NCBI RefSeq assembly: GCF_009914755.1
Contig: NC_060945.1
DNA: 64,000 nt
From: the human T2T-CHM13v2.0 reference genome, Homo sapiens
Reading direction: 5' to 3' (one strand)
How positions within the stretch are numbered: position 1 is the first letter of the stretch; each line of letters begins with the position of its first letter. Positions 57,154 through 64,000 of the stretch are shown here, piece after piece. The translations under genes and the position numbers were made by a program. The notes beneath the pieces are model-generated. The model was not told where the DNA came from, did no database searches, and saw nothing but the letters and a program-made list of their open reading frames with translations.

Positions 57154-58089
57154 CATATATATTTTTTCTCCTTTTATAAAAATAAATATAAAACTCATAA
57201 CAGACAAAGAGAAAATTGGAAAGAAGTTGATAAAATTCATCTCCAAAGAAAAAATGAAAATAACATAATTTGATATTTAAAAAAATCTAAAATACATTAT
57301 ACTTAACAACAATAGATAGAATCATGAAGGAGTCTTATTTGGGAGCTCATTAAGGCTAATTTAAATTTTAATAAGACAAGTGTTATTGCCAATCTGAGGT
57401 GTATAAATTTGTTAATTTCTATCATTAATTCTATTATTATCCTTCTCAAATTAATTCAGAGCTTAAAAATCATGTTACTATCTATGTAGTTACCTTTCCC
57501 TTTATTCTTCTAAGGCTGCATTGAGTTTATCAGAGAAAAGAATACCAAGGAATATTAATTAGTTATCTTGTTGTGTAGAATTTATTTAAAATTATAGCGC
57601 TTAAAACTTAGTTATAAATCCTAATATATTGCTATTACAGACATAAATTGTATTGGTGCTATCGTAATAAAAAAGCCATATGATATGAGATGTTAAAAAT
57701 AATTATTCATATTTGAAATAGAAGCCCTATATTTTAAAATGTTACAAAGAATAGACAAGAATACCATTCTAAATCCTTATATTTGTTTTCACTGATAGAT
57801 TATTCTTAGCTCCTTAGAGAGGTCATGGCCTCCAGGCATTTAATCTGTGGTTGAGAGATATTAACCTCTCTTTAACATTTTCACTGTAAGCTGCATAACA
57901 ATAAATTCATTTCCAGAAAGGAATAATTAGTGCAAACCTGGGTAAAATACCATCCAAAGTAGCTGTTAATGTTAATTTCTACATCTCATTATTTATTTTT
58001 GTGTGTTTTCTTAGGGAAGGGAAAAAATTATGTAAACACAGACAGACCCCTTCCTTTTTTGTATCATTATTCAGGCACGTGTCAAAAAC

Positions 58090-58170
58090 CTTTCTACCAC
58101 CACATTCTGGCTGTGCAACTTTGATTAAGTCGCTTAACGTCTCTGAGCCTTAGTTCCTCATCTCCATGTG
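58090..58170 (+). mobile_element. MIR core fragment directly upstream of the pseudogene ATG
   Basis: ggctgtgcaactttgattaagtcgcttaacgtctctgagccttagttcctcatct. Confidence 0.7.
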
Positions 58171-58183
58171 GGAAAGCGAAGAG

Positions 58184-60020
58184 ATGGTCACCAAGGAGAA
58201 GCTGCAGTGTCTGAAAGATTTCCACAAGGACATCCTGAAGCCCTCGCTGGGGAAGAGCCAGAGAGCGCGGTCTGAGGACAAGGCCGAGGGAAAACCTCCG
58301 CAGAGGCAGAAGTGGTCTCGTCTAGCAAGATCGACTTGGTGATCTCCGTGGCTGGCGGCTTCGTGGGCCTGGTCAACGTCTGGCGCTTCCCATACCTCTG
58401 ATACAATAATGGTAAGGTGAATTTCTCATACTTTCCTGTTTGGAGCGGCCTGCCTGTGTTTTTCTTGGAGATCATCACAGGCCAGTACACCTCTGAAGGG
58501 GGCATCACATACTGGGAGAAGATCTGGCACTTGTTCTCTGGCATCGGCTCTGCCTCCATCGTAATTGTGCCCTTCCCGAACGTCCACTACATCGTCATCG
58601 TGGCCTGGGCTACAGACTACCTGTTCCAGTCCTTCCAGAAGGAGCTGCCCAGGGCACACTGCAACCACAGCTGGAACACGCCCCCCTGCATGGAGGACAC
58701 CATGCGCACGAACGAGAGTGTCTGGATCACCATCAGCTCCACCAACCTTACCTCCCCTGTCACTGAGTTCTAGGGGCGCAACGTGCTGAGCTTGTCCCCT
58801 GGAATCGACCATCCGGGCTCTTTGAAATGGGACCTCTCTCTCTGTCTTCTCTTTGTCTGGCTAGCCTGTTTCTTCTGCATCTAGAAGGATGTCAGGTCCA
58901 CGGGGAAGGTCGTCTACTTCACAGCCACGTTCCAGTTCGCCATGCTCCTGAGGCAGCTGGTCCGAGGGCTGATGCTGCCCGGCATGGGTGCCGGCATCAA
59001 TTTTTCTCTGTATCCAGACATCACCTGCCTCGAGGGCGCACAGGTGTGTATTGACGCTACGACCCAGATATTCTTCTCCTAGGCCATCTGCCTGGGGGCC
59101 GTGACCTCTCTACGGAGCTACAACAAGTACAAGTACAACTCGTACAGGGACTGCATGCTGCCTGGATGCCTGAACAGTGGTACCAGTTTTGTGTCTGGCT
59201 TTGCAATTTTTTCCATCCTGGACTTCATGGCACGAAAGCAAGGGGTGGCCATTGCTGACGTGTCTGAGTCAGGCCTGGCCTGGTCTTCGTTGCCTACCCC
59301 AAAGCTGTGACAATGATGCCACTGCCCACGTTTTCGGTCCCTTTTTGTTGTTGTTGTTGTTGTGCTTCTCTTGCTTGGACTGGATGACCAGTTTGTTGAA
59401 GTCGAAGGGGAGATCACGTCCTTGGTTGATCTTTACCCATCCTTCCTAAGGAAAGGTTATTGTCGGGAAATCTGCACCGCCTTCGTGTGTAGCATCAGCT
59501 GCCTGCTGGGGCTGACAATGGTAACGGAGGTTGGCGTCTATGTCTTTGACTACTACGCAGCTAGCGGTGTATGCCTTTTAGGGGCTGCGTTCTTTGACTG
59601 TATAGTTACTGCCTGGATATATGGTGTTGATAATATTTATGACAGTATTGAGAACGTGATCGGCTATCGGGCCGGGCCCTGGATGAAGTACAGCTGGGCT
59701 GTGATCACTCCATTTCTCTGTGTTGGATGTTTTGTCTTCTCGATCGTCAAGTACACACCCCTGACTTAACAACGAAACCTACGTGGACACCATCTGCACC
59801 ATCGGGCTGGGCTGGAGCCTGGCCCTTTCCTCCAGGTTGTGGGTTCCCTTGGTCATCGTCATCCGCCTCTGCCAGACCGAGGGACTGTTTCTCGTGAGAG
59901 TCAAGTAACTGCTGACCCTCAGGGAACCCAACCGCAGGGCTGTGGGGCGCGAGGGAGCCACACCCTACAGCTCCCGCTCCGTCATGAGCGGCGCTCTCAT
60001 GAAACCGACCCACATCATTG
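58184..60020 (+). pseudogene. SLC6A6P1: Processed pseudogene of the Na/Cl-dependent taurine transporter SLC6A6 (TauT)
   Basis: Intronless translation follows recalled TauT from M(V)[18 protein letters not shown] through [42 protein letters not shown] to KPTHII; in-frame stops (TGA ~58399, TAG 58771, ~58882, ~59080) and frameshifts. Symbol assigned from memory of the annotated human pseudogene. Confidence 0.95.
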
Positions 60021-60979
60021 GGGGTAGGAAATGCTTTCTTTAAACTATTATTCTCTGGGTTCTTGTTTCTCTGCTTCATTGTTTTAGAGTTTACCTTTCA
60101 TATTAAAGTATTTACCCAAGTATGTGGGGACTTTTTATTTCTTTTCTTTGCAAGAATTATTTTTTTAATTACACTATTTGTAATAGAAAAGTTGAAACAT
60201 ACACAAAAGTAAAGGTACTATTATGATCAGTATGTATTCAGTATTTTGGTCAATCTTTCTTAATATAATTTTGTATATCTATATATAGATATATAGGTAC
60301 ATTATTTTGCTAGATTATTTTAAAGCAAATCTTACATAGCTTGCCTTTTCACCCAACAGTAATTTGGTATGCTTCATTAACTTTAATATTTTGATTTTAC
60401 ATTACCACCATGTCTTTAATAACTCAACAATATTCGTTACATTTTAATAATATTTTATACCCAGCCAAAATTTACATGTTTCTTATTGTTCTAAATGTTA
60501 TTTTAATTTTGCTTGCTTGAATTAGGATGCAAAGTTCACACACTGCATATTTGTTTACTTATTTTTAAAGAGGGAGTCATAATTTGGTACTCCTATGTCA
60601 TAAATAAAAAGTCAATAGGAGTAATTGAGTTACTCGTTTTCAATATTGGCAATTTGATGATTATATTCCTTTTAAAGTCGTATAACTATGGTTGGATACA
60701 TTGAGAGAGTTCATTTTCTCCTACTCATCAGTGTGTGTATGGATCTCTTTAGCAACATATCCAAAAAATTATAATCACCCTTCTGCTTAAACAATTCCAG
60801 GGACAAGAATTTCACCATTTCCAAGGATATCAAATATCACAGTATTTGATATGTTGAATCATTAGACTTTGTTCTCATGTGGAAAAAACATAATTCCACA
60901 TGGAATACATTGTTACTCTTCAATGATATATAGGATTATATATACTGATTCTACCAATTCTACATGAAATATGACACAT

Positions 60980-62660
60980 TATTTTTTAAATATGCAGACT
61001 TTATGTTTTAGAGCAGTTTTATGTATCACCTTACTCCCCTCTTCCAGCATGCACTGACATGGTATATTTGTTACAATTGATGAATCAATATTGGTACATT
61101 GTTGTAAAAGCCCACACTTTTCATTGGGGTTCACTCCTTGTGTTGTACATTTTATGGGTTTCCACAAATGTACAGTTGCATGTATCCATTATAACATTGT
61201 CATTAAGTACAGTTTCAATGCCTTAAAATCCCTGCCCATTGCCTGTTCATCCCTCCCTCCCTTTAATAAAATCCCTGGAAACCACTGATGTTTGAATGTC
61301 TTTTATGCTTTGCCTTTTCCAAAATATCATGTAGTTGAAATCACACAGTATGTTTTATTTTCAGATTGGCTTTTTTGTTTACTTAGCATGGAAGGTGCCT
61401 CTGTGACTTTCAATGGCTTAATAGCTCCTTTTTATCACTGAAAAATAATTTATTGTGTGGATAAAACAAAGTTTTTTATCCATTTACCTCTTGAAGAACA
61501 TCTTGGTTCTGTCTAATTTGTGGCAATTAAGAAAAAGCAGCTATAAGCATTTGTATGTAGGTTTTTAGCTGGTCATAGTTTTTCATCTTATCTGGATAAG
61601 TACCAAGGAAGGCACTTGCTGGATCATATTGGTGAGAACTTTGTATGAAGTTTTTTGTGAGCTTTGTGTGAATCTGCCAAACTAACTTCCAAGGTGGTTG
61701 TACAAGTTTGCATTCCTACCAGAAAAGAAAAGGAAACAAAACAAAACACAAACAAAAAACAAAGAAAAATACCCGAGTGTTTGCTCCATATGCATGTCTT
61801 GTCAAAATTTGATGTTGACAGTGTTTTGAAGTTTAGGTATTCTAATGTGTAATGATATCTTGTTGGTTTAATTTGTATTTTCCATATGTATGACATATGA
61901 TACAGAGCAACTTCTCATATGCTTATTTTTCATCTGTATCTTTTTTGATGAGGTGTTTGTTCTGATTATTTTCCAGATTTTTAATTGAATTGTTTGTATT
62001 TTTATTGCCATTGTTGTTGAGTTTCAATAGTTATTTGTCTATTTTGGATATCAGTCCTTTATCTGGTACATGTTTTGCAAAGATTTTTCTCCCATTCTGA
62101 GATTTGGTTTTTCATTCTCTCAACAGTATCTTTCACAGAGTAGAAAATTTTATTTTTAATGTGGTCCAAATTTACATTTTTTTTTCCTTTTTATGGATGG
62201 TGCTTTTGTGGTTGCATCAAAAAACATTTGCCAAAACCAGTCACTTAGATTTTCTCCCATGTTATCTTCTAGAAGTTTTTTTTTTTAATTCTACATCTAG
62301 ATTCATGAACCATTTTGAGTTAACTTTTATGAAAATCATAATTTTTGTCTTTTGCTTCATTTATTTGTATGTATAAGTTCGATTTTTCTTGTGCCATTTG
62401 TTGAAAAGGCTATCCTCTCTCTTTTCATTTGCCTTTCCCTCTTTTGTAAAAGATTATTTATTTATATTTGTATGGGTCTATTTTGGGGCTCCTTATTCTG
62501 TTCCTCTGAAGTATATGCCCAGTTTCTTCACCAGTGCCACGTGGTTTTGATTACAATTGCTGTATAGTAAGTCTTGAAATAGGGTAATGTCAGTCATCCA
62601 ACTTTGCTCTTTTTCATTGATATTGTGTTTTCTATTCTGAGATTTTTGCCTTTCCATTGC
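60980..62660 (-). mobile_element. L1MB/MC 3' region
   Basis: Antisense L1 hallmarks (gataagtaccaaggaag...gctggatcatat, gtgccatttgttgaaaagg). Confidence 0.8.
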
Positions 62661-62754
62661 AACTCATTTCTCTCTTTTTTTTGGCAGATATTTTAACATT
62701 TAATGATATTAGTTCTATTTTCTTAATTGTCATACTTATCATCCATGGAATATT

Positions 62755-64000
62755 TTATTTTATTTTATTATTTCCATAGGTTATTAGGGGAACAAGTTGT
62801 GTTTGGCTTATGAGTAAGTTCATAAGTGGTGATTTGTGAGATTTTGGTGCATCCATCACCTGAGCAGTATACACTGTACCCTAGTTGTATGTAGTCTTTT
62901 ATCCCTGGCCGCCTTCCCCCCTTTTCCTCCTGAGTACCCAAAGTCGTTGTGTCTTTTTTTTTTCTTTTGAGACAGAGTTTCCCTCTTGTCACCCAAACTG
63001 GAGTGCAATGGCACCATCTTGGCTGACCGCAACCTTTGTCCTCTGGGTTCAAATGATTCTCCTGCCTCAGCCTCCTGAGTGGCTGGGATTACAGGCATGC
63101 ACCACCACGACTGGCTAATTTTGTATTTTTAGTAGAGACTGTGTCTTTCCATGTTGGTCAGGCTGGTCTTGAACTCCCGACCTCAGGTGATCCACCCACC
63201 TCGTCCTCCCAAAGTGCTGGGATTACCGGCGGGAGCTATGGCACCCAGCCTATTGTGTCATTGTTATGCCATTGCATCCTCATAGCTTAGCTCCCATGTA
63301 TGAGTGAGAATATATGATATTTGGTTTTCCATTCCTGAGTTACTTCACTTGAATAATAGTCTCCAATTTCATCCAGGTCACTGAGAATGTCATTAATTCG
63401 TTTCTTTTTCTGCCTAAGTAGTATTCTATCGAATATATATATACCACAGTTTCTTTATGCACTCATTGATTGTTGGGCATTTGGGTTGGCTCTGTTTTTG
63501 CAATTGTGAATTGTGCTGCTATATACATGGATGGGCAAGTATCTTTTTCATATAGTGACTTCTTTCCCTCTGGGTAGATACCCAGTAGTGGGATTGCTGG
63601 ATCAAATGGTAGTTTTACTTTTAGTCCTTTAAGCAATCTCTCCACGCTGTTTTCCACAGTGGTTGTTTGTTTACATTCCCATTAGCAGTGCAGAAGTGTT
63701 CCCTATTCACCTCATCCATGCCAACATCTACTATTTTTTGATTTTTTTGATTATGGCCATTCTAACAGAAGTAAGGTGATATCACACTGTGCTTTTGATT
63801 TGTGTTTCCCTGATCATTAGTGATGTTGCACATTCTTTCATATGTTTGTTGGCCATTTGTATATCTTCTTTTGAGAATTGTCTATTCATGTCCTTAGCCC
63901 ACTTTTTGATGGGATTGTTTGCCTTTTTCTTGTTGATTTGTTTGAGTTCATTGTAGAATCTGGATATTAGTCCTCTGTCAGGTGTATAGATTGTAAAGAT
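62755..64000 (-). mobile_element. L1PA/PB 3' end and ORF2 C-terminal region, running off the window; split by an Alu
   Basis: gggtagatacccagtagtgggattgctggatcaaatggtag; ORF 63463..63657 has LPFDPAIPLLGIYP of L1 ORF2p. Confidence 0.92.
62954..63250 (-). mobile_element. AluSp/Sq-type SINE
   Basis: Full dimer; flanked by ttgtgtc on both sides. Confidence 0.93.

Noticed and set aside
58771-58885. Two TGG>TAG stops as an APOBEC3G editing signature
   Set aside because: Only two cases; other Trp codons are intact or mutated differently, so there is no support without a full alignment
58417-59769. ORFs 58417..58773, 59101..59310 and 59362..59769 as a functional SLC6 transporter
   Set aside because: Fragments of one intronless copy broken by stops, frameshifts and deletions

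Overview
AT-rich, gene-poor human/primate genomic DNA with no intact protein-coding gene. The window is mostly a mosaic of interspersed repeats: Alu, L1 fragments, solo LTRs (MLT1, MLT2, THE1/MST, MER57, MER39) and DNA transposons (MER1A, Tigger2a with a nested HSMAR2, Tigger1, MER45, MADE1). The only gene-derived sequence is a disabled, intronless retrocopy of the taurine transporter SLC6A6 at ~58184-60020, probably the annotated SLC6A6P1 (chr21 from memory, not verified). The most unusual unexplained structure is at 25772-26075: a 192-bp inverted copy (3 mismatches) of 23177-23368, flanked by a 36-bp direct duplication and three fold-back hairpins, which looks like the scar of template-switching repair. 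Other notable items are a retroposed 5' half of tRNA-Glu(CTC), a MADE1 with a perfect 23-bp stem, a triple-nested LTR/LTR/L1 with a short 3'-transduction-like tail, and the pseudogene's missing tail and high CpG content. I found no evidence of a new multi-gene system. Repeat family names come from recalled consensus sequences rather than a database search, and boundaries of old elements are approximate.
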